In this document: in pieces, positions 25,393 through 35,881 of the stretch | Numbering within the stretch: the stretch's first letter is position 1 | How the letters are laid out: each line of letters starts with the position of its first letter | NCBI GenBank assembly: GCA_947627255.1 | Contig: CANQVI010000002.1 | Span: 47 to 64,046, forward strand | Source: an uncultured Clostridia bacterium | GTDB taxonomy: Bacteria; Bacillota; Clostridia; TANB77; CAG-465 | Reading direction: 5' to 3' | Length of the DNA stretch: 64,000 bases | Notes under the pieces: generated by a model | The model's input: the letters and a program-made list of their open reading frames with translations, nothing else | What the model was told of the DNA's origin: nothing | The model's database searches: none | Made by a program: the position numbers and the translations under genes

Positions 25393-27507
25393 TTGGAAAA
25401 TATTAAAGCAAAATTTCAAAAGCTGTTTGATATTTTAGAAAATAGAGAACTTGTACTCTCTATTATTTTAGTCATAATAGCTTTTGTATTCTTAATTCAA
25501 CTATTTAATATTCAAATAATAAATGGAGCAACATATAGAGAACAAGCTGAAAATAAAATTGTAAGAACTGAAAGTATTTCTGCTTCCAGAGGAGAAATAT
25601 ACGACAGAAATGGTGTATTACTTGCTACAAATAAACTTACATACAATGTTGAACTTTATAGAACAAAAGTTGATGCAGAAATTACAAATGATTCTATAAG
25701 AGATTTGGTAGATATATTAAATTCAAATAATGACAAAATTTATTCGACTTTCCCAGTAAATGAGAATGGAACAGATTTTTCAAATGAATATATAAATGAT
25801 GAAAATTTAAGAAAAGATTTTTTAAAAAGTATTAACTTAGAAGAAAATGCTACTTTTGATGATGTAATACAATATTATTCAGAACTCTATGCTATAGAAG
25901 ACTATAGTTATGAAGATAAACTTAAAATAATAAAAGTAAAATATGAAGCTAATTATAGTGGCTATTCATTATTTAATAGTGCTATAATTGCTAAAAATAT
26001 TTCTAAAAATTCTGTTGCTCAAATAGAGGAAATGAAAAGTAAATTACATGGGATAAATATTGTTTCTGTTCCTCAAAGATACTATTTATCTAACGACTTT
26101 GCATGTCATATTTTAGGATATGTAAGTAAGATAGGAAATGCAGAATATAATTCTTTAAAAGATTCTGGCTATACTATTAATAGTGTTATTGGTAAGTCAG
26201 GAATAGAAGAATCTATGGAAAAATATTTAAAAGGTGAAAATGGTACTAAAAAGGTAGTAACTGATTCATTAGGAAATGTTACCTCAGAGCTTGTAACTAA
26301 AGAGGCTACATCTGGTAATAATGTTACTTTAACTATAGATTATAGAATACAACAAGTTGTTGAAAATGCTTTAAAGACAACATTAAATAATTTACAAAGT
26401 GGTGCTTCAACAGGAACTCCTATTCCAGAAGCTCAAGCTGGAAGCTGTGTTGTACTTGATGTTGAAACAGGAGAAGTTCTTGCTATGGCAAGTTATCCTA
26501 CTTATAATATAAATAATTTTGTTGATGGAATATCTAATGAAGAATGGAATTCAATAAATAATAATTCTCAAAAGCCAATGTTTAATAGAGCTATTTCTGG
26601 TACATATTCACCAGGTTCTACATATAAAATGCTTGTAGGAATAGCTGGTCTTGAGTCAAAAGGTATAACTGTAGATGAATATTACACAGATCCAGGTATT
26701 TATCCATATTCATATAATCCAAAATGCTGGATATATACAGCACATAATATAACACATGGTAGTATTAATTTATCTGGTGCTATAAAAGGATCTTGTAACT
26801 GCTTCTTTTATGAAGTAGGAAGAAGAATAGGAATAGATGCTGTTGTTAATTGGGCTAAAAATTTTGGACTTGGACAAAAAACAGGAATTGAGCTATCTGG
26901 TGAAGCAGTAGGAAAAATTGCTGGGGATAATGCTCAAGGATGGTCTTTAGGTGATACACTTTCTGCATCTATTGGTCAGTCTACTAATTTATTTACACCA
27001 CTACAGCTTTCAAACTATATAGCAACTATTGCAAATGGTGGAACATTAAATAAAATTTCATTAGTAAAAAATGTTGAAAGTAATGTAAAATCAATACCAC
27101 TTAGTGAAATAGTTGAGTATTCAAAGAACTTTACAGGTGTAGATTTTAATACAAGAGAACTTAATATTAGCAGTGAATATATAAATGCTATTAAAGAGGG
27201 AATGTATGCTGTTACAACAGAAACTGGAGGAACTGCTGCAGATATATTTAGAGATAGTAAAGTAGAAGTTGCAGGAAAAACAGGTACAGCTCAAGTGGCA
27301 AATGGAGCAAATAACGCAATATTTGTAGGATTTGCACCATATAATAATCCTAAAATTGCTGTTGTTGCAGTAGTAGAACATGGTGAAGAAGGATATTATT
27401 TAGCACCTATGGTAAAAGAAATAACTAATGAGTATTTTAATATATATACAAACGATGCTCAAAAGGAAAAAACACAAGAAATAGTTAAAAATAGCATTGT
27501 ATTTTAA
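25393..27507 (+). CDS. mrdA: Class B penicillin-binding protein 2 (elongation transpeptidase)
   Basis: SxxK (SPGSTYK), SxN (GSCNCF), KTG (GKTGTAQ). The preferred start is the TTG at 25393, 7 nt after GAGAGGGGG. The ORF track's start at 25375 abuts the mreD stop. Confidence 0.88.
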   Translation: MENIKAKFQKLFDILENRELVLSIILVIIAFVFLIQLFNIQIINGATYREQAENKIVRTESISASRGEIYDRNGVLLATNKLTYNVELYRTKVDAEITNDSIRDLVDILNSNNDKIYSTFPVNENGTDFSNEYINDENLRKDFLKSINLEENATFDDVIQYYSELYAIEDYSYEDKLKIIKVKYEANYSGYSLFNSAIIAKNISKNSVAQIEEMKSKLHGINIVSVPQRYYLSNDFACHILGYVSKIGNAEYNSLKDSGYTINSVIGKSGIEESMEKYLKGENGTKKVVTDSLGNVTSELVTKEATSGNNVTLTIDYRIQQVVENALKTTLNNLQSGASTGTPIPEAQAGSCVVLDVETGEVLAMASYPTYNINNFVDGISNEEWNSINNNSQKPMFNRAISGTYSPGSTYKMLVGIAGLESKGITVDEYYTDPGIYPYSYNPKCWIYTAHNITHGSINLSGAIKGSCNCFFYEVGRRIGIDAVVNWAKNFGLGQKTGIELSGEAVGKIAGDNAQGWSLGDTLSASIGQSTNLFTPLQLSNYIATIANGGTLNKISLVKNVESNVKSIPLSEIVEYSKNFTGVDFNTRELNISSEYINAIKEGMYAVTTETGGTAADIFRDSKVEVAGKTGTAQVANGANNAIFVGFAPYNNPKIAVVAVVEHGEEGYYLAPMVKEITNEYFNIYTNDAQKEKTQEIVKNSIVF

Positions 27508-27536
27508 AAAACAACCTTTAAAAGGTTGTTTTTTTA
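27508..27536 (+). terminator. Rho-independent terminator after PBP2
   Basis: AAAACAACCTTT-aa-AAGGTTGTTTTT. Confidence 0.85.
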
Positions 27537-27695
27537 CTTTATCACCAAAATTTCACTTTACTATTATGTGAAATTCACCATTTATGATTATTATAATAGC
27601 GTAATTATTATTGTTACACACTTTTTTAGAAATTAATTTTATAAAAAAAACTATGCAAAAAAAAAGTGATATGATATAATCATTGTGGGGTGATA

Positions 27696-29078
27696 ATGCT
27701 TATGAGCAAATATAATATTTACAAAAATATAAGCCCGAATATATTTAGAGGATATGATATTAGAGCTATATATGGTCAAGATTTAAATGAAGATATTGCA
27801 TATACAATCGGTCTATCTTTCGGTTCATATATTCAGGAGAAAGGATATGATAAATGTTTAGTAGGACATGATAATAGAAAATCATCTGATCCACTTGCTG
27901 ATGCCTTAATAGAAGGAATAACAAGTACAGGTGTTAATGTTGTATATTTAGGATTATGTACTACACCAATGTATTATTATGCACAAAAATATTTAAAAAT
28001 TGATCCTGGTATCATGATTACTGCGTCACATAATCCAAAAGAATATAATGGCTTTAAAGTGGCATTTGACGATTTTGGAAATGCATGTGGACAAATGATA
28101 CAAGATTTCAGAGTATATACTGAAGAAGGCAATTTTAAATCAGGAAAAGGTAGTATTGAAACATATGATATTAAACAAAACTATCTTGATGGTATAAAGG
28201 CTTCTATAAAACTTGGAAACAGAAAAATAAAAGTTGTACTTGATACAGCAAATGGTACAGCTTCAATTATTGCAAAAGAAGTATATAATATGTTTCCAAA
28301 TATTGAACTTATACCTTTAAATATTGAATCTGATCCAGATTTTCCAAATCATCATCCAGATCCAAGTGTTGAGGCTAATAATCAAATGCTAAAAGATAAA
28401 GTCTTAGCAGAAAAAGCAGATTTAGGTGTTGGAATTGATGGTGATGGCGATAGAGTTGGTATAATAGATGAAAATGGAAAAATGATTTTCATTGATTTTT
28501 ATGCTATCATTATATGGAGAGATATAATGAAAGAGGTAGAAAATAAGAAAGCTCTATTTGATGTTAAATGTACAAAGTCATTAGCTGATGAAGTAGTAAA
28601 ACTTGGTGGAACACCAGTATGCTACAGAACAGGAAATTCATATATGAAAGCTAAAATGAGAGAAGGAGATTTTGCTTTTGGTTCTGAATTATCTGGTCAT
28701 GTATTCTTTAGAAATCATAACTGGGATAATATAGATGATGGACTATATGCAGGATTAAGATTAATTGAAATTCTTTCTAAAACAGATAAAAGTGTATCAC
28801 AGCTTTTAGACGGAGTTGTTAGATATTATGCAAGTCCAGAAATTATAATTAAATCTACTGATGAGGAAAAATTTAATGTAATTGATGGTATAAAGAAATA
28901 TTGCATTGAAAAAGGATATAAAATTAATGATATAGATGGTGTAAGAGCTGAATTTAATAATGGTTGGGCACTAGTTAGAGCTTCTAACACAGGACCTAAT
29001 ATTACAGCTAGATTTGAAGGTGTAACACCTGAAGATGAAAAAGCAATAGAAGAAGAATTTATGGCACTTATAAAATAA
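27696..29078 (+). CDS. Phosphoglucomutase/phosphomannomutase (alpha-D-phosphohexomutase)
   Basis: Active-site TASHNP, metal loop GIDGDGDR, GSELSGH. Start ambiguous (GTG 27690, ATG 27696, ATG 27702). Confidence 0.88.
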   Translation: MLMSKYNIYKNISPNIFRGYDIRAIYGQDLNEDIAYTIGLSFGSYIQEKGYDKCLVGHDNRKSSDPLADALIEGITSTGVNVVYLGLCTTPMYYYAQKYLKIDPGIMITASHNPKEYNGFKVAFDDFGNACGQMIQDFRVYTEEGNFKSGKGSIETYDIKQNYLDGIKASIKLGNRKIKVVLDTANGTASIIAKEVYNMFPNIELIPLNIESDPDFPNHHPDPSVEANNQMLKDKVLAEKADLGVGIDGDGDRVGIIDENGKMIFIDFYAIIIWRDIMKEVENKKALFDVKCTKSLADEVVKLGGTPVCYRTGNSYMKAKMREGDFAFGSELSGHVFFRNHNWDNIDDGLYAGLRLIEILSKTDKSVSQLLDGVVRYYASPEIIIKSTDEEKFNVIDGIKKYCIEKGYKINDIDGVRAEFNNGWALVRASNTGPNITARFEGVTPEDEKAIEEEFMALIK

Positions 29079-29091
29079 GGAGGAAAAAAAG

Positions 29092-29952
29092 ATGAAAAAA
29101 GTTCTATTAATCGGTCAAGATGGAATGCTTGGTGGAGAGCTTTATAATAGATTAAATTTATATAAAGATGAATATGAAGTATATGGAACAACATTACAAA
29201 CATTAGATATTTGTGATGAAAATGCAGTATTAAATAAAGTTGAAGAAATAAAACCATACTACATTATTAATTGTGCTGCTTATACTAATGTGGATGCTTG
29301 TGAGACTAATTATAGCTTAGCAGAAGCAGTAAATGGTATAGCAGTTGGTAATATTGCAAGAAGTGCTAAAAAAGTTGGTGCAACATTTATTCAAATAAGT
29401 ACAGACTATGTTTTTGATGGAAATCTAGACGTAGATAAGGCTTATACAGAAGATATGAAGCCAAATCCTGTAAGTAGTTATGGAAAAACAAAATTAATGG
29501 GAGAAGAAAATGCAAAACTTGCAGAAAAATATTACATTTTAAGAACAGCTTGGCTATATGGTCAAGGTAAAAACTTTGCAAGAACTATGATTGCTGCTTC
29601 ACAAAAAAGAGATGAAGTTACAGTTGTATGCGACCAACATGGAAGCCCAACTTCTACAACAACTCTTTGTGAAATAATCGAACAAATTATGAAAAAAGAA
29701 CCAAACTATGGAATATATCACTCAACTAATGAGGGATTTACTACATGGTATGATTTTACAAAAACAATATATGAAATAAAAGGAATTACTACTACTGTAA
29801 AACCAATTACATCAGAAGAATATGCTAAAATGAACCCACAATCTAGTAAAAGACCTTTTAATTCAAAATTATCTAAAGAAAAACTACATAGTGTTGGAAT
29901 ATATCCATCAGATTATGTAGACGCATTAAAAGAATATTTAAAGGGGGAATAA
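29092..29952 (+). CDS. rmlD: dTDP-4-dehydrorhamnose reductase
   Basis: LLIGQDGMLG, INCAAYTNVDACE, STDYVFDG, YGKTK. Context with rmlA/C/B. Confidence 0.92.
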   Translation: MKKVLLIGQDGMLGGELYNRLNLYKDEYEVYGTTLQTLDICDENAVLNKVEEIKPYYIINCAAYTNVDACETNYSLAEAVNGIAVGNIARSAKKVGATFIQISTDYVFDGNLDVDKAYTEDMKPNPVSSYGKTKLMGEENAKLAEKYYILRTAWLYGQGKNFARTMIAASQKRDEVTVVCDQHGSPTSTTTLCEIIEQIMKKEPNYGIYHSTNEGFTTWYDFTKTIYEIKGITTTVKPITSEEYAKMNPQSSKRPFNSKLSKEKLHSVGIYPSDYVDALKEYLKGE

Positions 29953-29955
29953 ATA

Positions 29956-30897
29956 ATGAAAGGAATTATTTTAGCAGGGGGTAGTGGAACAAGACTATAT
30001 CCAATAACTATAGCAGTATCTAAGCAATTATTACCAGTTTATGATAAGCCAATGATATATTATCCATTATCTACATTAATGTTAGCGGGTATTAAAGAGG
30101 TATTAATTATATCTACACCTGTACATTTACCAATGTTTGAATCTTTACTTGGAGATGGAAGTAGTCTAGGAATGAAGATCGAATATAAGGTACAAGAAAA
30201 ACCAGTTGGACTTGCTGATGCATTTAGAATTGGTGAAGATTTTATAGGAGATGATAGTGTTTGCTTAATTTTAGGAGATAACATGATATATGGACCAGGA
30301 GTTGAAAAAATCTTAAAACAAGCAAGTAAATTAAAAGAAGGAGGAATTATCTTTGGATATAAAGTAGCCGATCCTACTTCTTATGGTGTTGTTGAAATTG
30401 ATAATAAAGGAAATGCTATATCTATAGAGGAAAAACCTAATTTTCCTAAATCTAATTTAGCAGTACCAGGATTATATTTTTATGATAATTCTGTAATAGA
30501 AATAGCTAAAAATATACAACCATCTGCAAGAGGAGAACTAGAAATTACAGATGTAAATAGAGTATATATGGAAAGAGGAAAACTTAAAGTTATACCTTTA
30601 GGAAATGGATTTGCATGGTTTGATACAGGAACTGCTGATAGATTAAATGATGCGTCAGACTTTGTAAAAGCAATAGAGATAAGACAAGGAATACAAATAG
30701 GATGTATTGAAGAAATTGCATATAAAAATAATTGGATTACAGATAATCAATTAATTAGTCTTGCAGAAAAACATGGAAAAACAGACTATGGAAGATACAT
30801 GTATAAATTATTAGAACATGACTATGACTATTACGAGGATGTTTTAGATTCTGTAGATTATATTCAAAATGAAGGACCAAGAGAAATAGGAAAATAG
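29956..30897 (+). CDS. rmlA: Glucose-1-phosphate thymidylyltransferase
   Basis: [18 protein letters not shown]...[32 protein letters not shown]. Confidence 0.96.
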   Translation: MKGIILAGGSGTRLYPITIAVSKQLLPVYDKPMIYYPLSTLMLAGIKEVLIISTPVHLPMFESLLGDGSSLGMKIEYKVQEKPVGLADAFRIGEDFIGDDSVCLILGDNMIYGPGVEKILKQASKLKEGGIIFGYKVADPTSYGVVEIDNKGNAISIEEKPNFPKSNLAVPGLYFYDNSVIEIAKNIQPSARGELEITDVNRVYMERGKLKVIPLGNGFAWFDTGTADRLNDASDFVKAIEIRQGIQIGCIEEIAYKNNWITDNQLISLAEKHGKTDYGRYMYKLLEHDYDYYEDVLDSVDYIQNEGPREIGK

Positions 30898-30928
30898 AAT
30901 ATAGATAGCAAGGAAGGAGCTATTTAAA

Positions 30929-31510
30929 ATGGGAAAATTTAAAAAAATTGAAACATCTATAGATGGTGTATATATAATAGAACCTACTGTTTTTGGAGAT
31001 GATAGAGGATATTTTATGGAAACTTATAGTGAAGCCGAATTTGCTGAAATTGGTATAACTAATAAGTTTGTACAAGATAATCAATCAAAGTCTAAAAAAG
31101 GTGTGTTAAGAGGACTACATTTTCAAAAACAAAATTCACAAGCAAAGCTTGTTAGAGTTTTAAAAGGTGAAGTTTATGACGTAGCTGTAGACTTAAGACC
31201 AGGAAGTCCTACATATGGAAAATATGAAGGTGTGCTTCTAACTGAGGAAAATAAAAAGATGTTTATGATTCCTCGAGGATTTGCACATGGATTTTTAGTT
31301 GTATCTGATGAAGCTGAATTTGCATATAAATGTGACGATATATATAATCACGAAGCTGAAGGTGGACTTAGATGGGATGATCCAGATGTAAATATTAAAT
31401 GGCCAATGGAAAATATCAGTAAAGACGAACTTTTAACTTCAGAAAAAGATGGTAAATGGCCTTCTTTAAAAGAATTAAGACAAACTGATTTATTTAAAGA
31501 TTTAAAATAG
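30929..31510 (+). CDS. rmlC: dTDP-4-dehydrorhamnose 3,5-epimerase
   Basis: FGDDRGYFMETY, QDNQSKS, GVLRGLHFQ, KLVRVLKGEVYDVAVDLR, RGFAHGF. Confidence 0.95.
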   Translation: MGKFKKIETSIDGVYIIEPTVFGDDRGYFMETYSEAEFAEIGITNKFVQDNQSKSKKGVLRGLHFQKQNSQAKLVRVLKGEVYDVAVDLRPGSPTYGKYEGVLLTEENKKMFMIPRGFAHGFLVVSDEAEFAYKCDDIYNHEAEGGLRWDDPDVNIKWPMENISKDELLTSEKDGKWPSLKELRQTDLFKDLK

Positions 31511-31521
31511 GAGGAAATGAA

Positions 31522-32493
31522 ATGAAAAATATTTTAATAACAGGTGGAGCTGGTTTTATAGGTTCTAACTTTGTTAACTTAATGGTAAAAAAATATGGTG
31601 ACGAATATACATATGTTGTATATGATAAATTAACATATGCAGCAAATATGAAAAATTTAGAGCCTAGTGAAGGAAAATATATATTTGTAAAGGGAGATAT
31701 TTGTGATTTAGATCAAAATATTGAAACTCTAAAAAAATATAATATTGATGCAGTAGTACATTTTGCAGCTGAATCACATGTAGATAATAGTATAAAAAGA
31801 CCATTAACATTTACAGAGACTAATGTATTAGGTACACATGCACTACTTGAAGCTTGTAAACAAGTATGGGGAGAAGGCTCAAATAATAAATTTGTACATG
31901 TTTCTACTGATGAAGTCTACGGCTCTTTAGGAGATGAAGGATATTTTACAGAAAAATCTCCTATTAAACCTAATAGCCCATATAGTGCTTCTAAAGCAGC
32001 TTCTGATTTAATAGCATTTGCTTATGCAGAAACATTTAAAATGAATGTATCTGTAACAAACTGTTCAAATAATTATGGACCAAATCAACATCATGAAAAA
32101 TTAATACCTCATATGATTTCTATGGCTATGCAAGATAAAGAGCTACCTGTATATGGAGAAGGATTAAATATTCGTGATTGGTTATATGTTGACGATCATT
32201 GTGAAGCAATAGATATAATTTTACATAAAGGTAGAAAAGGCGAAAGATATAATATTGGTGGACATAATGAAAAGAGAAACATTGAAATTGTTAAATTAAT
32301 ACTTGAAAGATTAGGAAAACCAGAAAGCCTAATTAAACATGTAGAAGATAGAAAAGGTCATGATTTTAGATATGCTATTGATCCTACTAAGTTAAGAGAA
32401 GAATTTGGTTGGGAACCACATACTATGTTTAAAGATGGAATAGTAAAAACTATTGATTGGTATATAGCACATCCAGAATACTTAGAAAAATAA
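31522..32493 (+). CDS. rmlB: dTDP-glucose 4,6-dehydratase
   Basis: ITGGAGFIGSNF, HFAAESHVDNS, STDEVYG, YSASKAASD, NCSNNYGP. Confidence 0.95.
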   Translation: MKNILITGGAGFIGSNFVNLMVKKYGDEYTYVVYDKLTYAANMKNLEPSEGKYIFVKGDICDLDQNIETLKKYNIDAVVHFAAESHVDNSIKRPLTFTETNVLGTHALLEACKQVWGEGSNNKFVHVSTDEVYGSLGDEGYFTEKSPIKPNSPYSASKAASDLIAFAYAETFKMNVSVTNCSNNYGPNQHHEKLIPHMISMAMQDKELPVYGEGLNIRDWLYVDDHCEAIDIILHKGRKGERYNIGGHNEKRNIEIVKLILERLGKPESLIKHVEDRKGHDFRYAIDPTKLREEFGWEPHTMFKDGIVKTIDWYIAHPEYLEK

Positions 32494-32497
32494 TAAA

Positions 32498-32536
32498 AAA
32501 GCACACCATATTTTTTATGGCGTGCTCTTTTATTTT
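32498..32536 (+). terminator. Rho-independent terminator after rmlB
   Basis: GCACACCATA-ttttt-TATGGCGTGC followed by TCTTTTATTTT. Confidence 0.75.
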
Positions 32537-32573
32537 AATCTAATTTTAAGCATAATTTATGCTTTTTCTTATG

Positions 32574-32602
32574 TTGAAATTTGTTATTATTAATGATATA
32601 AT
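32574..32602 (+). promoter_or_regulatory. Sigma-A promoter for the exporter/glycosyltransferase genes
   Basis: TTGAAA (32574-32579), 17 nt, TATAAT (32597-32602) with an upstream TG (TGaTATAAT). Confidence 0.55.
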
Positions 32603-32629
32603 AACTTCGTGAAAAAAAGGAGAATTTAA

Positions 32630-33424
32630 ATGGGATTTATAAAAGAAATTATAAAAAATAGAAAAATGATTTTTAGACTTGGAAAAAGTGATTTTAAAAA
32701 CAGATTTGCTGGTACAAGCTTAGGTGCCTTATGGGGATTTATATCACCATTTGTATTTATGTCTATGTATGTAATTGTCTTTCAATACATTCTTAAGACA
32801 AAAAGTGCAGGAAATCATCCTTTTATAGTATGGTATCTTCCTGGCATGTGTATGTGGACATTTTTAAATGATTCTATCATAACAGCAAGTAATTCAATAA
32901 GAAGCTATTCTTATCTTGTAAAAAAAGTTATATTCCCAGTTGATATAATACCTGTTATTTCTCTTTCATCATCAAGTATAATAGGAGCCTTTTTATTTTT
33001 AATAGCTATTATTGTAGATATGTGTTTTGGATATATGGCTAATTTTTTACAAGTCATATACATGGTAGTAGCGGCAATAATATTTATTATATCAATTACA
33101 AGGCTTACATCTGCACTTGCAACATTAATACCAGATATAGTTCAACTTATTAGTGTTTGTATGCAACTTTTCTTTTGGCTTACACCTGTAATTTGGAACT
33201 TATCTATGTTAGAAGCTCATCCTGGAATACTAAATGCAGCTAAATGTTTACCATTTACTTATTTAATATCTGGATTTAGGGATGCTTTTATAACAGATTC
33301 TAATATAGTTACAGAAGCAAATTGTATGTATACAATTGTATTTTGGGTTGTAACACTATTAATATTCATGTGGGGAAATGCAGTATTTAAAAAATCTAAA
33401 AAAGATTTTGCTGACGTATTATAA
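32630..33424 (+). CDS. ABC-2 type polysaccharide/teichoic-acid export permease (Wzm/TagG/RgpC-like)
   Basis: 264 aa, six TM segments. N-terminal FKNRFAGTSLGALWGFISP signature of ABC-2 glycan exporters. Located with the ATPase two genes away. Confidence 0.85.
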   Translation: MGFIKEIIKNRKMIFRLGKSDFKNRFAGTSLGALWGFISPFVFMSMYVIVFQYILKTKSAGNHPFIVWYLPGMCMWTFLNDSIITASNSIRSYSYLVKKVIFPVDIIPVISLSSSSIIGAFLFLIAIIVDMCFGYMANFLQVIYMVVAAIIFIISITRLTSALATLIPDIVQLISVCMQLFFWLTPVIWNLSMLEAHPGILNAAKCLPFTYLISGFRDAFITDSNIVTEANCMYTIVFWVVTLLIFMWGNAVFKKSKKDFADVL

Positions 33425-33437
33425 GATGGAGGAAAAT

Positions 33438-34415
33438 ATGCAGGAAAAAAAGGTTGATATATTATTAGCTACATATAATGGAGAAAAATATTTAAAAGAG
33501 CAACTTGATTCAATTTTAAATCAAACATATGGTAATTTTAAATTAATTATATCAGATGATTGCTCTAAAGATTCTACTCGTGAGATACTTAGAGAATATG
33601 AAAAAAAGGATGATAGAATTGAACTTCATTTTCAAGAAAAGAATTTGGGCTCAAATAAAAATTTCGAATATTTATTATCCAAAGTTACAGCTGAATATTA
33701 TATGTTCTCTGATCAAGATGATGTTTGGTTACCAAATAAAGTAGAAATTTGTATGAATAAAATACAAGAAGAAGATTCAGATTTAGTTTTTACAGATTTG
33801 GAAGTAGTAGACCAAGATTTAAATACAATAAATAAATCATTTAATAAAAAAATGAAAGTTTATAGAAAAGCTAAAAAATATAAAGATTTTAGAATGGAAT
33901 ATTTATATAACTGTGTTACTGGATGTACTATACTTGCCAAAACTAGTATGATTAAAGAATATTTACCTTTGCCTGAAAATAAGGATATATTACATGATTA
34001 TTGGATAGCTCTTGTAACTTCATTAAAAGGAAGAATAAGTTATGTTGATGTAGCTACTATAAAATATAGACAACATGGTTCAAATCAAGTTGGAACAAAA
34101 AGATATACAGAAAAATTTAATGAATTTAATCAAAAAAGAGATTACATTATAGATTTAAAAATAAATAAATTTAAAACCTATTTGAAAAGGTCAGAAATCT
34201 TTTCGGACAAGCTAAATAAGTTAAATAGTGAAGCATTAGAGTATTTTGAAAGAGTTAAAAATTGTAATAATATAAATTTTAAAGGTTGGAAAACATATCA
34301 CGATATATTTAAATATGATTCTATAGGATATTATATATTTTATTTCATTTTTTATAATATACCTTGCATATTTAGATTTGGATATAATATATGGAAATTT
34401 ATAAAAAACAAATAA
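33438..34415 (+). CDS. GT2 glycosyltransferase, RgpB/GacC-like (probable rhamnosyltransferase)
   Basis: VDILLATYNGEKYLKEQLDSILNQTY, ISDDCSKDST, FSDQDDVWLPNK. The ATG at 33438 follows GGAGG. The upstream extension in the ORF track overlaps the permease. Confidence 0.7.
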   Translation: MQEKKVDILLATYNGEKYLKEQLDSILNQTYGNFKLIISDDCSKDSTREILREYEKKDDRIELHFQEKNLGSNKNFEYLLSKVTAEYYMFSDQDDVWLPNKVEICMNKIQEEDSDLVFTDLEVVDQDLNTINKSFNKKMKVYRKAKKYKDFRMEYLYNCVTGCTILAKTSMIKEYLPLPENKDILHDYWIALVTSLKGRISYVDVATIKYRQHGSNQVGTKRYTEKFNEFNQKRDYIIDLKINKFKTYLKRSEIFSDKLNKLNSEALEYFERVKNCNNINFKGWKTYHDIFKYDSIGYYIFYFIFYNIPCIFRFGYNIWKFIKNK

Positions 34416-34429
34416 GGATGTGTTAGTTA

Positions 34430-35758
34430 ATGAATGATGAAAATGTTATTGTTGTTGAGAATTTAGTTAAAGAGTATAAAATGTTTAACAGCAAAAAAGA
34501 TAGATTACTTGAAAGTATGGTACCAGGGTATCAAAAACATGATGTGTTTAGGGCAATGAATGATGTTAGCTTTACTGTAAAAAAAGGTGAAGTTCTTGGC
34601 GTACTTGGAAAAAATGGTGCTGGTAAATCTACACTTTTAAAGATGATTACAGGCGTTGTTACACCAACAAGTGGTAAATTAGAAGTTAAGGGTAAAATCA
34701 GTTCTTTACTTGAACTTGGTGCTGCATTTAATGCAGAACTTACAGGCTATGAAAATATATATCAACATGGTCAAATAATGGGCCTTACAAAAGCAGAAAT
34801 AAAGGCAAAAGAAAAAGAAATAATAGAATTTGCAGATATAGGCGAACATATTAGCCAACCTGTAAAGACATACTCTTCAGGTATGTTTGCAAGACTGGCT
34901 TTTGCTTGTGCTATAAATGTTGATCCAGATATTTTAATTGTTGATGAAGTATTGTCTGTAGGTGATATGGCATTTCAATTAAAATGTTTTAAAAAATTTG
35001 AGGAATTTAAAAAGAGAGGAAAAACTATATTATTTGTTACTCATAGCATAACAGATATTTTAAGAAATTGTACTAGAACTATAATAATAGATTCTGGAAA
35101 TAAAATATTTGATGGTGGAGTAAAAGATGGTGTTGAACTATATAAGAAAATAATAGTAGGACTAAAACCAGGTGATTTGAAAAAACAAACAGCTCTTGAA
35201 AAAGAAACAGAAAAAATTGAAGATGATGTAGAACTAAAAGATGAACAATTTAAAATTATAGATGATCCTGAAAATGAAACTTGGAAAGAGCATTTAATTC
35301 AAAACGATAAAGTAATAGATTATGGTAATGGTAAAGCTGAAGTTTTTGATTATGGTATTTTTAATGAAAAGGGAGAATATATGTCTTCAATAGAAAATGA
35401 TAAAGAGGTATATTTAAAATCTAGAATAAGATTTAATGAAGATGTTTTAGATCCTATTTTTACCATGACAATTAAAGACTTTAAAGGACTTGAAATGTGT
35501 GGTACAAATACATTAATTGAAAATGTATTAACAGGAAGTTTTAAAAAAGGTGATGTAGTCGAAGTTACATTTAAGCAAATGATAAAACTTGGACCTGGTA
35601 AATATACATTATCATTTAGTTGTACACATATTAGTGGTAATGGTGAACTTGAAGTTTTAAATAGAAAATATGATGCATTACTTGTAGAGGTAATTTCAAA
35701 TAAAGAATGTGTTGGATTTATAAGACTAGATTCTGAAATAACATTTGAAAAAAAATAG
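34430..35758 (+). CDS. ABC exporter ATP-binding protein (Wzt/TagH/RgpD-like) with a ~190-aa C-terminal extension
   Basis: Walker A GKNGAGKST, signature YSSGMFARLAFA, Walker B ILIVDEVLSVGD. The extension starts around aa 250, is beta-rich and resembles the Wzt C-terminal glycan-binding domain. Confidence 0.85.
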   Translation: MNDENVIVVENLVKEYKMFNSKKDRLLESMVPGYQKHDVFRAMNDVSFTVKKGEVLGVLGKNGAGKSTLLKMITGVVTPTSGKLEVKGKISSLLELGAAFNAELTGYENIYQHGQIMGLTKAEIKAKEKEIIEFADIGEHISQPVKTYSSGMFARLAFACAINVDPDILIVDEVLSVGDMAFQLKCFKKFEEFKKRGKTILFVTHSITDILRNCTRTIIIDSGNKIFDGGVKDGVELYKKIIVGLKPGDLKKQTALEKETEKIEDDVELKDEQFKIIDDPENETWKEHLIQNDKVIDYGNGKAEVFDYGIFNEKGEYMSSIENDKEVYLKSRIRFNEDVLDPIFTMTIKDFKGLEMCGTNTLIENVLTGSFKKGDVVEVTFKQMIKLGPGKYTLSFSCTHISGNGELEVLNRKYDALLVEVISNKECVGFIRLDSEITFEKK

Positions 35759-35817
35759 TGATAGAAGTGGCTTTTTTAGTGTATTTTTTGTGAAAAATAA
35801 TAAATTTTGTATTTAGC

Positions 35818-35850
35818 TATGTTATAATGTATGAGAAACATTATAGCATA
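35818..35850 (+). promoter_or_regulatory. 13-bp inverted repeat overlapping a TATAAT box in the gap between the ATPase gene and the methyltransferase gene
   Basis: TATGTTATAATGT-atgagaa-ACATTATAGCATA with one mismatch. It lies 32 nt upstream of the ATG at 35882. Confidence 0.45.
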
Positions 35851-35881
35851 ACTTTTATTACAATAAAGGGGAGTTGTTTAT

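Noticed and set aside
27548-27576. 8-bp inverted repeat AATTTCAC-N11-GTGAAATT, together with A8/A9 runs (27643-27650, 27657-27665), upstream of the pgm gene, as a possible operator or phase-variation tract
   Set aside because: The arms are short, and homopolymers of 8-9 nt are common in this AT-rich DNA. I cannot support a function without comparative data.
33378-33437. Upstream in-frame extensions of ORFs at 33378, 37665, 49105, 55566, 61318 and 58936
   Set aside because: These extensions overlap the preceding gene and lack an RBS. Internal starts preceded by GGAGG-type sites give canonical N-termini.
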